DNA of 64,000 bases. Origin: an uncultured Sphingomonadales bacterium. Its GTDB lineage: Bacteria > Pseudomonadota > Alphaproteobacteria > Sphingomonadales > Sphingomonadaceae. The translations under genes were made by a program, and so were the position numbers. Shown here in pieces: positions 38,658 through 47,665 of the stretch (positions are counted from its first letter, which is position 1; each line of letters opens with the position of its first letter). The notes below the pieces were generated by a model that was not told the origin of the DNA, ran no database searches, and was given only the letters and a program-made list of their open reading frames with translations. The DNA lies in NCBI GenBank assembly GCA_963922745.1, contig CAWUKF010000001.1, forward strand, positions 183-64,182, in the 5' to 3' direction.

Positions 38658-39905
38658 ATGGATGGTATGCGAATAGGCAATTATGCTCTGGATACGGAGC
38701 TGATGATGGAATGGGGGGAGAAGCTTGGTCTTGCCCTGATCATCCTCGTCGGCACATGGGTTCTTGCAAAGGCCGCGAAATGGACCTTTGCCAAGCTCGT
38801 CGACAATGTAAAATTCCTGCAGCGGGATACCTCGTCCGGAGCATCTGTTGGCGAGGCGCTCGGCAAGATCGTCTCCTTGCTGATCTGGCTGTTCGGTCTG
38901 CTCATCATATTGCGCGTTCTCGGACTGGGCGGCGTGGATGCGCCGATCCAGACCCTCCTCAACTCGATCATGGGCTTCGTTCCCAATCTTCTCGGGGCAG
39001 CGATCATATTCTTTATCGGGATAGTTGTCGCACGGATCGTCAGGGACCTTGTCGTGACATTTCTGCAGACAGTCGATTTTGACAAATGGGCCAATCGCGG
39101 TGGGATCGATACGGTTACCGGTAATTCGGCGATCAGCAAGACGATCGGTACGATCATCTATGTTCTGATCATCATTCCGGTAGCAATCCTTGCGCTGGAG
39201 GCGTTGAATCTGGAATCGGTCTCCGGGCCAGCCAGCGATATGCTCCGTATGATCCTCGAGGCGATTCCGAATATCATCGGCGCTGCCATCATCCTCGGTA
39301 TCGGCTATCTGATCAGCAAATTCGTTGTCCAGATCATCACCGAGATCCTGCCGGGACTTGGCGTTGACCGGTCGGTCGCCGCGCTGGACATCCTGCCGGC
39401 AAACACCTCGCTAACCTCCGTGGTCGCGAGAATTGCCCAGGTCGCGATCATGCTGTTCTTCGCGATAGCGGCGATGCGGTTGCTCGGCTTTGCCGAACTG
39501 ACATCGATACTGGACCAGGTACTCGAGCTCGGCGGACGCGTAATCTTTGGTGCGATCGTAATCGCGGTTGGTTTCCTGATTGCCAACATGCTGTCCAAAA
39601 TTATCGGCGGAGCGGCCGAGGGCGGTATGGCAGGGACGATTGTCCGCTATGCGACGATCATCCTGTTCACCTTCATGGGCTTGCAGTTCATGGGTGTCGG
39701 ACAGGAAATCGTGCAGACGGCCTTTACCGCATTGGTCATCGGCGGTGCGGCAGCTGCGGCACTGGCCTTTGGCTGGGGTGGTCGCCATGTTGCGGGCAAG
39801 GTGCTGGAAGACCTCCACGCCAATCCGCCAAAGCCGAAAGCGCCCGTCGCCAGCAAGCCCGCTGCGCGCAAGCCAGCAGCCCGGAAACCGGCTGCCAAGA
39901 AATAG
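38658..39905 (+). CDS. CmpX-like membrane protein with repeated TM helices (MscS-associated type)
   Basis: Repeated PN(L/I)(L/I)GAAII units, AFGWGG near the C-terminus and a basic KPAAR tail. Confidence 0.75.
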   Translation: MDGMRIGNYALDTELMMEWGEKLGLALIILVGTWVLAKAAKWTFAKLVDNVKFLQRDTSSGASVGEALGKIVSLLIWLFGLLIILRVLGLGGVDAPIQTLLNSIMGFVPNLLGAAIIFFIGIVVARIVRDLVVTFLQTVDFDKWANRGGIDTVTGNSAISKTIGTIIYVLIIIPVAILALEALNLESVSGPASDMLRMILEAIPNIIGAAIILGIGYLISKFVVQIITEILPGLGVDRSVAALDILPANTSLTSVVARIAQVAIMLFFAIAAMRLLGFAELTSILDQVLELGGRVIFGAIVIAVGFLIANMLSKIIGGAAEGGMAGTIVRYATIILFTFMGLQFMGVGQEIVQTAFTALVIGGAAAAALAFGWGGRHVAGKVLEDLHANPPKPKAPVASKPAARKPAARKPAAKK

Positions 39906-39923
39906 GCGCTCCACATCGAATTG

Positions 39924-39961
39924 GAAAAGGGCGGATCCGAAGGGGTCTGCCCTTTTCTTTT
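39924..39961 (+). terminator. Intrinsic terminator
   Basis: GAAAAGGGCGGATCC-gaag-GGGTCTGCCCTTTTC followed by TTTT. Confidence 0.85.
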
Positions 39962-39982
39962 GCCCTGCGGATCCGCTAGAGA

Positions 39983-40861
39983 ATGGCAGTGCGACACTTC
40001 TCCCATTTTGCCTGCGTCGACTGGTCCGGTGCCCGATCGGAACGACCCGACGGCATCGCAGTGGCCTTGATCGGTCCAGACGGTCCGCCTTCCCTGCTCT
40101 GCCCCAAACCGCGCTGGTCGCGCCCGGATGTTCTGGCCTGGCTATCGCGACTGGCGGCAACGAGCCAGGACATATTGATCGGGTTTGACCTGTCCATGTC
40201 CCTGCCCTTTCTGGACCAGGGTGCTTATTTTCCGGAATGGCGGCATAGCCCCGACAATGCGAAGGCCCTGTGGAATATGGTCGATTGTCTGTCCAGCGAT
40301 GATCCGCATTTAGGCGTCAGCACTTTTCTCGAGCACAGCGAGGCAAAGCGCCATTTTCGCCACAGCCGCGATCATGTCGGCGACCTGTTCGGCCAGGGCG
40401 TGGGCCGTTTGCGGGAAGTCGAGCGCCATCAGCGGCAAACCGGACAAGCGAATAGTGCCAGTTGTTTCAATCTGGTCGGTGCCGCCCAGGTCGGAAAATC
40501 CAGTCTTACCGGCATGCGGCTGCTGCACCAGCTTGGCGGCACCATTCCGGTCTGGCCTTTTGACGCCATCCCCGAACGCGGACCCGTCATTGTCGAGATC
40601 TATACCACCATCGCCGCACTGGCGGCCGGCCTGCCGAAGGGCCGCAGCAAGATACGCGACCGCGCGGGCCTCGAACAGGCTCTCGAACGGCTGGAAACAG
40701 CCCCGCCGGCACCACTCCGGCGCTACGACGACCACAGCACGGACGCCCTGATCACCGCCGCCTGGATGAAGCGGATGGCAGCCGACAGGTCGCTCTGGAA
40801 TCCGCCGGCCATGACCGAAGAGGTCGCACGAAAAGAGGGCTGGACCTTTGGCGTGGTTTGA
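39983..40861 (+). CDS. Uncharacterised protein, DUF429/RNase H-like fold suspected
   Basis: Spaced acidic motifs CVDWSGA, IGFDL, VEIY and STDAL. Confidence 0.6.
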   Translation: MAVRHFSHFACVDWSGARSERPDGIAVALIGPDGPPSLLCPKPRWSRPDVLAWLSRLAATSQDILIGFDLSMSLPFLDQGAYFPEWRHSPDNAKALWNMVDCLSSDDPHLGVSTFLEHSEAKRHFRHSRDHVGDLFGQGVGRLREVERHQRQTGQANSASCFNLVGAAQVGKSSLTGMRLLHQLGGTIPVWPFDAIPERGPVIVEIYTTIAALAAGLPKGRSKIRDRAGLEQALERLETAPPAPLRRYDDHSTDALITAAWMKRMAADRSLWNPPAMTEEVARKEGWTFGVV

Positions 40862-40891
40862 CGCTAATAGCGCGCAGCAATTCCAGTGCAT

Positions 40892-40967
40892 GCCGAATTA
40901 GCTCAGCTGGTAGAGCAACCGCCTTGTAAGCGGTAGGTCATCCGTTCGAGTCGGATATTCGGCACCA
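40892..40967 (+). tRNA. tRNA-Thr(TGT)
   Basis: 76-nt cloverleaf GCCGAAT...ATTCGGC-ACCA; anticodon arm ACCGC-CTTGTAA-GCGGT; TTCGA loop. Confidence 0.97.
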
Positions 40968-41152
40968 GCCTTCCCCGCTGCGGGACCTGCAATGGAAATG
41001 GGCTTTTCTGCAGTTGCAGGTTCGGGAAATCAACAATACCGAAAGTCGCCCCAGCGAAAAACCGAACCAGATCTGCCCAGCAAAATTGAACTCAGATATC
41101 TGCTGGATTTCTATTACATGGCTATTTGACATTTACGGCCTATTGTCAGGAT

Positions 41153-41452
41153 ATGGCTCCCGTCCAATTCCTCCTCCCACTGCTGGTGATTGCCACGATG
41201 CCGTCAGCTCAGGTGCTCGCGCATGGAGGACGGACCGCCGCTGACGGCTGTCACAATGATCGTCAGAATGGCGGCAGACACTGCCATGGCGGCGGATCCG
41301 TTGCACCTCAACCGGCCCGCCCCACCGGGTCGCGGGACTATTATCCCAATTGTACTGCGGCCAGGGCTGCTGGTCCGACTCCCATATATCGCGGCCAGCG
41401 CGGATACGGTCGACATCTCGACCGGGATGGGGATGGAATCGCTTGCGAATAA
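41153..41452 (+). CDS. Excalibur calcium-binding domain protein with an N-terminal HGG...GCH...HCH (YHYH-like) motif
   Basis: Signal peptide, HGGRTAADGCHNDRQNGGRHCH and YPNCTAARAAG...YGRHLDRDGDGIACE. Confidence 0.85.
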   Translation: MAPVQFLLPLLVIATMPSAQVLAHGGRTAADGCHNDRQNGGRHCHGGGSVAPQPARPTGSRDYYPNCTAARAAGPTPIYRGQRGYGRHLDRDGDGIACE

Positions 41453-41473
41453 TCAGAGCGGAGGGGTTTCGCA

Positions 41474-41507
41474 GATACAAAAAGCCCCGCCGGTTTCCCG
41501 GCAGGGC
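41474..41507 (-). terminator. Intrinsic terminator of TonB-dependent receptor 1
   Basis: Minus strand GCCCTGCCGG-GAAA-CCGGCGGGGC-TTTTT. Confidence 0.8.
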
Positions 41508-41532
41508 GTCCAGTTCAACCTTCAATTGGTGA

Positions 41533-44481
41533 CTAGAATTTGAAGCCGGCACCGATACCGTAGCGGCGTGGTTCCAGCGTGAAGATATTGGTGTACAGAC
41601 CGGAAGACTGATCGGTCACATAGAGTCCGGTTTCGGCATTGCTGTCGAAGATATTCTGGATGAAACCGCGAATATACCAGCGATCATCCGTCCCGTTCAA
41701 CTGCATCTGGGCATTTGCCTGAGCATAGCCCTTGATCCGGTTGACGTTGCCGTTGAAGATACTGCCGAAACTTTCTCCGGTATAGGCCAGGTCGACACGT
41801 GGAACCAGGCTCATGCCATTGTCGAAGTTCAACGTATATTGAACACCGGCAGAGAATTTATACTGAGGTGCCTGTGGCAACTGGTTGCCCTTGATGTTCT
41901 TCGGAATGCCGGCAGCGAAATATTCGATACCGCCAAAGGCTGCCGGGTTAATCCCGGCTCCGGCAAAGGCGCCCGCAGCTGCGGCTTCCAGCACACTACA
42001 AATACCAAATGCGCCTGTAGAAGCAATGCCACCATTGGCCGGGAAGGACGTCGTTGGTTGCAGATTTGCACCAGCTGCCACACCTGGCACGAGACCCGCG
42101 TTGATGACGGTGGTAATGGTGTTGACAAACTGATTGACGCCAGCGGCACTACCGGACGTCGAGGCCACTGCGCAATTGGACGCGTTGGTAATGTCCTTGA
42201 TGATCACCGCGTCCGAGCGGTTTCCGCCAAAGTCACGCGGATCGCTGTTGAACGTATCGCCCTTGACCTTGGTATGGAGATAGCTGAATCCCATGTTGAT
42301 CAGCCAGTCCGGATCGGGCCGGACAATGGCCTCGACTTCGGCACCGTAGATATCGGCATCGATATTCTCGTTGACCGCAGTTCGCGCCACAATCTTGCTG
42401 AGCTGCAAATCCTTGTACTTATAGTAGAAGGCGGTCAGGTTAAGTTGCAGAGCCCCATCGCCGAACGTGTTTTTCGACCCGATTTCAAACGCGTCAACCT
42501 GCTCCGGACGGAACGATTCGGGCACCGCGAAGATCGGTTGCAACGGCGGGTTCAAACCACCGGACTTGTAGCCGCGAGAATAGGATGCATAGACCAGATT
42601 GTCGTCCGTGATCTTATAGTCGAGCACCGCGCGACCCGTAATCTCGTTGAACTTGACCTGCCGGTTCTGGAAAATCTGGTTGCCCGGTGTGCCAGGGTCC
42701 GCATCGAATGATCCGACATAAGGCGATTCAAACGCGTTGGTGGTCTGGCTGTACGGGACAAGGAAACTCGCCAGAGTAGAACGCGCCTGGACGTTTTTCT
42801 TGTCGTTGTTGTACCGCAATCCACCGGTCAGCTTCAGCTTGTCGCTGATGTCGAAATAGACCTCACCGAACAGGCCATAGGACTTGACGGTCAGATCATC
42901 CGTGTTGTTGCGGAAATAGGGCGTGCCCAGGAAAGAGGGCGGCAAACCACCACTCAGCGAAGTAAAGCTGCCGAGCAAACCGGTCACATAATCGATCGCG
43001 AACGCATTCACATAATAGCTGTTCTCGGTCAGATGGTAGTCGGCATAGATACCACCGACCAGAAAGTTGAATGGACCATCGAAATCGCTGGAGATGATGG
43101 CTTCCGCCGACCAGCTGCTATTGTTCTGATTCGAACGGTCATATTGCAGCGGTGTTGTCGCGCAATTACTGTTGCCGCCGAACGATCCCAGTCCGATGGT
43201 ATCGGATTCCGAAGTACACAATACGCCATTCGGCCCGTTCGGAATGATCGCTGCCGCTATGGGAGCGAAATAGGAGGCTGGCAGACCAGGAACGAGGCCT
43301 GCAGCAGCGGCAGCCAGCGTATTCAGGGCCGGCGCATAGATATCCCGACGACCGATATTGTTGTTATAGTCCTGCCGGGAATCCAGCTTCACCTTCTGAT
43401 AGGTGCCGGACAACTGGGCGCTAATCGGACCGAAATCATGCTCGATCTTGCCCTGGAACGTCAGTTCGCTGGTAAAATATTGTGGCGTGAAAGCCGTGTT
43501 CACAGTGCGTGAATCGGCAGGAATGGAAACACCGGAATATTGATCAGGGCCGTAGAGGCTGCCCAGAGCAAACGCTGTCGGGATGCCGCGGATTGCGAGG
43601 AATTCTCTTGAAGACAGGGCGGCTGTGAATGTCGAGTTGGCGTTGAACGCTTCCGCATTGCGCGAATTGTTCAGACAGCCGAGGATGCCTGTCGGGTCTC
43701 GTTGGCAATATTGTTTCTGGATACGCATCCGGTTGTCGTTTTCACGGAAATAGGACGCATAGAGATCGACCGTTGTGTCGGCAGTTGGTTCGAAACGCAA
43801 CGATCCGCGGATGGAGTAAAGATCGCGGTCATCGAGCTTCGGGCCGCCATTGAGATTTGTCGTATAGCCGTCGCGTTTCACGTAAACGCCAGCCCCGCGG
43901 AACGCGATCGTGTCGCCCAGCGGAATATTGACCATGCCCTTGACCTTGATGGCATTGTAATTGCCATATTCCGCATCGCCGGATGCCTGGAATTCTCCCA
44001 TTCTGGGTTTGGCGGTGACGACATTCACAACGCCGGCGGTCGCGTTGCGGCCAAACAGGGTGCCCTGCGGACCGCGCAGGACTTCCACACGCTCAAGGTC
44101 GAAAAACTCCGTTTCAAACAAACGGGTGGAAAACAGTGGCGAATCATTGAGGTGGATCGCCGTCGCCTGGTCACAGGAAACGCCGACGCACAGATCGCCA
44201 ATTCCGCGAATCGTGAAGCTGGAACTGGTGAAGTTGGTTTTGGTAAAGGTGATATTCGGAAGGGTCAGCTGGAGATCGGAGCTATTCTCGATCTGTTGTG
44301 CTTCCAGCGCCGCTCCCGAAAATGCGGAGACCGCGATCGGAACATCCTGAGCACTTTGTGCCTGCCTTTGTGCGGTAACGATAATGACATTGTCATCAAG
44401 GGTACCTTCTTGATCCTGTGCCATCGCAGGCACGGACATTGCAGATAAAGCTGTAGCGGCTAACAGTAGCGATTTACGCAT
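41533..44481 (-). CDS. TonB-dependent receptor 1
   Basis: Signal peptide, TonB box VIIVTAQR, plug motif RVEVLRGPQGTLFGRNA and C-terminal GFKF. Confidence 0.95.
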   Translation of the reverse strand: MRKSLLLAATALSAMSVPAMAQDQEGTLDDNVIIVTAQRQAQSAQDVPIAVSAFSGAALEAQQIENSSDLQLTLPNITFTKTNFTSSSFTIRGIGDLCVGVSCDQATAIHLNDSPLFSTRLFETEFFDLERVEVLRGPQGTLFGRNATAGVVNVVTAKPRMGEFQASGDAEYGNYNAIKVKGMVNIPLGDTIAFRGAGVYVKRDGYTTNLNGGPKLDDRDLYSIRGSLRFEPTADTTVDLYASYFRENDNRMRIQKQYCQRDPTGILGCLNNSRNAEAFNANSTFTAALSSREFLAIRGIPTAFALGSLYGPDQYSGVSIPADSRTVNTAFTPQYFTSELTFQGKIEHDFGPISAQLSGTYQKVKLDSRQDYNNNIGRRDIYAPALNTLAAAAAGLVPGLPASYFAPIAAAIIPNGPNGVLCTSESDTIGLGSFGGNSNCATTPLQYDRSNQNNSSWSAEAIISSDFDGPFNFLVGGIYADYHLTENSYYVNAFAIDYVTGLLGSFTSLSGGLPPSFLGTPYFRNNTDDLTVKSYGLFGEVYFDISDKLKLTGGLRYNNDKKNVQARSTLASFLVPYSQTTNAFESPYVGSFDADPGTPGNQIFQNRQVKFNEITGRAVLDYKITDDNLVYASYSRGYKSGGLNPPLQPIFAVPESFRPEQVDAFEIGSKNTFGDGALQLNLTAFYYKYKDLQLSKIVARTAVNENIDADIYGAEVEAIVRPDPDWLINMGFSYLHTKVKGDTFNSDPRDFGGNRSDAVIIKDITNASNCAVASTSGSAAGVNQFVNTITTVINAGLVPGVAAGANLQPTTSFPANGGIASTGAFGICSVLEAAAAGAFAGAGINPAAFGGIEYFAAGIPKNIKGNQLPQAPQYKFSAGVQYTLNFDNGMSLVPRVDLAYTGESFGSIFNGNVNRIKGYAQANAQMQLNGTDDRWYIRGFIQNIFDSNAETGLYVTDQSSGLYTNIFTLEPRRYGIGAGFKF

Positions 44482-44647
44482 TTCTCTCTCCCAAATCCCG
44501 TTATTCTTATTGGACAGAGATGCTTTTGCTCTTCTCTCCAACGGGTCGATAGTCAACTAATCGCGCAATTAAGTCCAGACAGAAATACAAAAAATGCACC
44601 GCGTCATTACATTTTTGCACCGGTGGCAGGAAATTTGATGCAATTTG

Positions 44648-44683
44648 GATACAAAAAGGCCCTGCCAGTTTCCTGACAGGGCC
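44648..44683 (-). terminator. Intrinsic terminator of TonB-dependent receptor 2
   Basis: Minus strand GGCCCTGTCAG-GAAA-CTGGCAGGGCC-TTTTT. Confidence 0.8.
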
Positions 44684-44707
44684 CATTTTTATAATTTTAG
44701 TTCAATG

Positions 44708-47263
44708 CTAGAATTTGAAACGAACGACACCGCCATATGTGCGCGGCGGGCTCGGATAGCCCGAGACCGTTCCCGACTGGGCAACCCCATCGAACACGGT
44801 CGTGATAAATTTGTCGTTGAGCAGATTGCGGACATAGCCGCCAACTTCCAGGCCGTTTTCCAGCTTGAGCGTCATCGACCCGTTCACCAGGTTGACCTCG
44901 CGGCTGAAAATCTGGGTATTGCCCAAAGCCGCGTTAAACGTCGGCAAGCCATTGTTGATCGGCGTGTTGCTTTCATGGCTATAGTCGACGCGCGTTATCA
45001 GCATGTTCCCGCTCGCACCGAATTCGTGCGAATAGGTTGCCGAAGTCGAAATGGCGAACTCGGGTATCCCGCCTGGGGTTTTACCGGTCAGATTGCCCAG
45101 CACGCTGCCCGGGAAATCGTCGAACAAAGGATCAAGATAGGTCATCGCAAAGGTGAAGACCAGGCCCTGGGTCGGGGTGATGGTGCTGTCAAATTCGAAA
45201 CCCTTGACCGATTGCTGGCCTGCATTCTGCAGAGCAAAGCCGGTGCCGGTGAAGGCGAGGCTCTGAAAGCCCTTGATCGTCTGGTCGAACAGCGCGAGGT
45301 TGAAGCCGAAACCTTCCCACTGCCCCTTGACGCCAACTTCATAAACCGTGGCATTCTCCGGTCCGGCAAAGCGCGAACCGCTTCTCAGATTGGGAAGCGC
45401 CAGACCGGCATCAAGAATCGGCGACGACGGTGCTGCGAATGTCGATCCGCCTGGTCCGGCGAGGAAATCGCTGCTCGAAGGCCTGCTGTCCCGCGACAGG
45501 TTCACCGAGCTCGCCTTGAAACCCGTAGCGTAGCTGGCATACACGTTGACTTCGTCGGAAATCCGATAAGCCGCGCGCAGCAGGTAGGTGAACTTGTCAT
45601 CGCGCGTCTTGCCGTCCTCGACCGCGTTCGGAATGGTCAGGAAAGGCGGCTGGAACTGGAAGGGGGCCAGACCGAGCAGCGGATTGGCCGCCGACTGCGC
45701 TGCAGCAAGCAAAGCCGCCTGGTTGGCCGCCGGAAGTGCCTGGAACTGGGCACGCGTGGCGACGGTGCCACCGGTCGCAGCAACGATGAACGCATCGACC
45801 AAGTTGACCTGACCCAGCGGATCGAAGCTCTGCTGAGCGAGTGCAAAATCCTTCTTGTCGTCAGTATAGTTGAAGCCACCCGTCAAGACGAGGCCATCAA
45901 CCGGCTCAAAATCAACCGTGCCGAAAATCGAATAGGAGCGATTGTCCATTGAAAACTGCTCCGATGTAAGCAGCGGCGTACGGAAAATCGATTCCTGTGG
46001 CAGGCCAAGAGCCGCCTCGACACCATTGAATACGCTCGGGTTGCCGGCGATTACGTCGGCCGGATTGCCGCCGGCCAGGATTTCGAAGAAGTCACGAATC
46101 TGGCTGCCGTTGTCGATCTGACTTCTCTGCGAGATGCTTTCATCGAAATAATAGCCGCCGAGCAGGAAGTTGATCGGACCGTCAAAGTCCGATGCGACGC
46201 GGAATTCCTGGGTCAGTGTCTTGACCTTCTGGTTGCGGGTTTCGTTCGCAATATCCAGGCTGCTGTAGTCGATGTCGGATACGAACAGGTTCTTCAGTTC
46301 CCGGTAAGACGAGATCGAGGTGAACGAAAGCGCACCCGCCTGATAGTCAACCTGCAGCGAGCCGCCGTAATTGTCGACCTTGTTGATTGGAACCTGATTG
46401 AGATAGGCATCATAGCCGAAACGATCGGTCGAGAATTGCCCGCCGAGCAACTGGATCGCTCCGGCGGTCGGGCCGGCTACGATGGTGGTCACCTGGCAGC
46501 AAATTTCATCAATCCGAGAAAAGTCGCCGATAGCGCGAATCTTCAAATCCGGTGTTGGCTCAAACAAAAGCTGACCACGAGCAGCCCACCGGTTCCGGTT
46601 ATTCTGCTCTTCGTCCAAATTAACAATCTTGGCGTAACCGTCGCGACGGTTATAGCTGCCGTCGATCGAGAAGGCGATATTCTCGGTCAGCGGGCCGGTG
46701 ATATCGCCCTTGAGAACGACGTTGTTGTAGTTGCCGTAAACGGCTTCAACGGATCCGCCAAATTCGAATTGCGGTTCACGGGTAATAACGGAGATCACGC
46801 CGGCAGAAGCGTTTTTGCCGAACAGCGTCGATTGCGGGCCGTTCAGCACCTCGATGCGCTGCACATTGGGAAGATCGGACAGGGCCGCCGCTGAACGCGA
46901 CCGGAACACGCCGTCGATAAACACGCCGACAGATGGTTCGATTCCGAAGTTGTTGTCGCCATTGCCGAAGCCGCGAATGATGAAGGTCGATGCAGAAGAT
47001 GTCTGGAGCTGGCTGACACGCAGCGAAGGCGTGACCGTTTGCAGATCCAGAACGTCACGAATTTGCGCGTTTTCAAGGGTGTCGCCGGTTGTCACCGAAA
47101 CCGAGATCGGGGTTTCCTGCAAGCTGGTCGTGCGCTTGGAAGCAGTGACGATGATGACATTGTCTTCGAATGTCTGCTCGTCCTGTGCGTCCTGGGCGTA
47201 GGCCGGAACAGAGGCAAGCACGCCACCGAGCGCCGTGGCGGTCAAAAATTTTGCGATTCTCAT
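44708..47263 (-). CDS. TonB-dependent receptor 2
   Basis: AGGAG RBS, signal peptide, VIIVTASKR, RIEVLNGPQSTLFGKNA and C-terminal RFKF. Confidence 0.95.
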   Translation of the reverse strand: MRIAKFLTATALGGVLASVPAYAQDAQDEQTFEDNVIIVTASKRTTSLQETPISVSVTTGDTLENAQIRDVLDLQTVTPSLRVSQLQTSSASTFIIRGFGNGDNNFGIEPSVGVFIDGVFRSRSAAALSDLPNVQRIEVLNGPQSTLFGKNASAGVISVITREPQFEFGGSVEAVYGNYNNVVLKGDITGPLTENIAFSIDGSYNRRDGYAKIVNLDEEQNNRNRWAARGQLLFEPTPDLKIRAIGDFSRIDEICCQVTTIVAGPTAGAIQLLGGQFSTDRFGYDAYLNQVPINKVDNYGGSLQVDYQAGALSFTSISSYRELKNLFVSDIDYSSLDIANETRNQKVKTLTQEFRVASDFDGPINFLLGGYYFDESISQRSQIDNGSQIRDFFEILAGGNPADVIAGNPSVFNGVEAALGLPQESIFRTPLLTSEQFSMDNRSYSIFGTVDFEPVDGLVLTGGFNYTDDKKDFALAQQSFDPLGQVNLVDAFIVAATGGTVATRAQFQALPAANQAALLAAAQSAANPLLGLAPFQFQPPFLTIPNAVEDGKTRDDKFTYLLRAAYRISDEVNVYASYATGFKASSVNLSRDSRPSSSDFLAGPGGSTFAAPSSPILDAGLALPNLRSGSRFAGPENATVYEVGVKGQWEGFGFNLALFDQTIKGFQSLAFTGTGFALQNAGQQSVKGFEFDSTITPTQGLVFTFAMTYLDPLFDDFPGSVLGNLTGKTPGGIPEFAISTSATYSHEFGASGNMLITRVDYSHESNTPINNGLPTFNAALGNTQIFSREVNLVNGSMTLKLENGLEVGGYVRNLLNDKFITTVFDGVAQSGTVSGYPSPPRTYGGVVRFKF

Positions 47264-47477
47264 GAGTTTCTCCTGCACCCGGCATTATGCCTTGGGTGTA
47301 ATCTGAAAATGGATTTGAATGGAACGGACCGAGCCGCCTACCCAAGCGCCGCCCCTTCTATATATCGCAGCAATAGTCCAGCCAAGACGCCGGTAATAAT
47401 GACGCTTAGCAACGCATTTTCACAAGACGGCCCAATATCGTTGCAATCAAGTCACAACTATTTGAATTTTCGGAAAA

Positions 47478-47562
47478 TGGTGCCCCTGGCCCGACTCGAA
47501 CGGGCACTCCTTGCGGAACTCGATTTTGAGTCGAGCGCGTCTACCAATTCCACCACAGGGGC
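47478..47562 (-). tRNA. tRNA-Leu(CAA)
   Basis: 85 nt, GCCCCTG...CAGGGGC-ACCA; anticodon arm CTCGA-CTCAAAA-TCGAG; long variable arm. Confidence 0.97.
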
Positions 47563-47665
47563 ATTATGGCTGTGTCAATTGACGGTCAGCGAAATCGGGG
47601 CCCTGTTAGCGAACCGCTTATCGGCTGGCAACGCTTTTTCCCAACCAGCGCAACCGGGGCACAAA

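Noticed and set aside
40968-47477. Prophage or integrative element at tRNA-Thr or tRNA-Leu
   Set aside because: No integrase, transposase or phage gene, and no duplicated tRNA 3' end found by eye.
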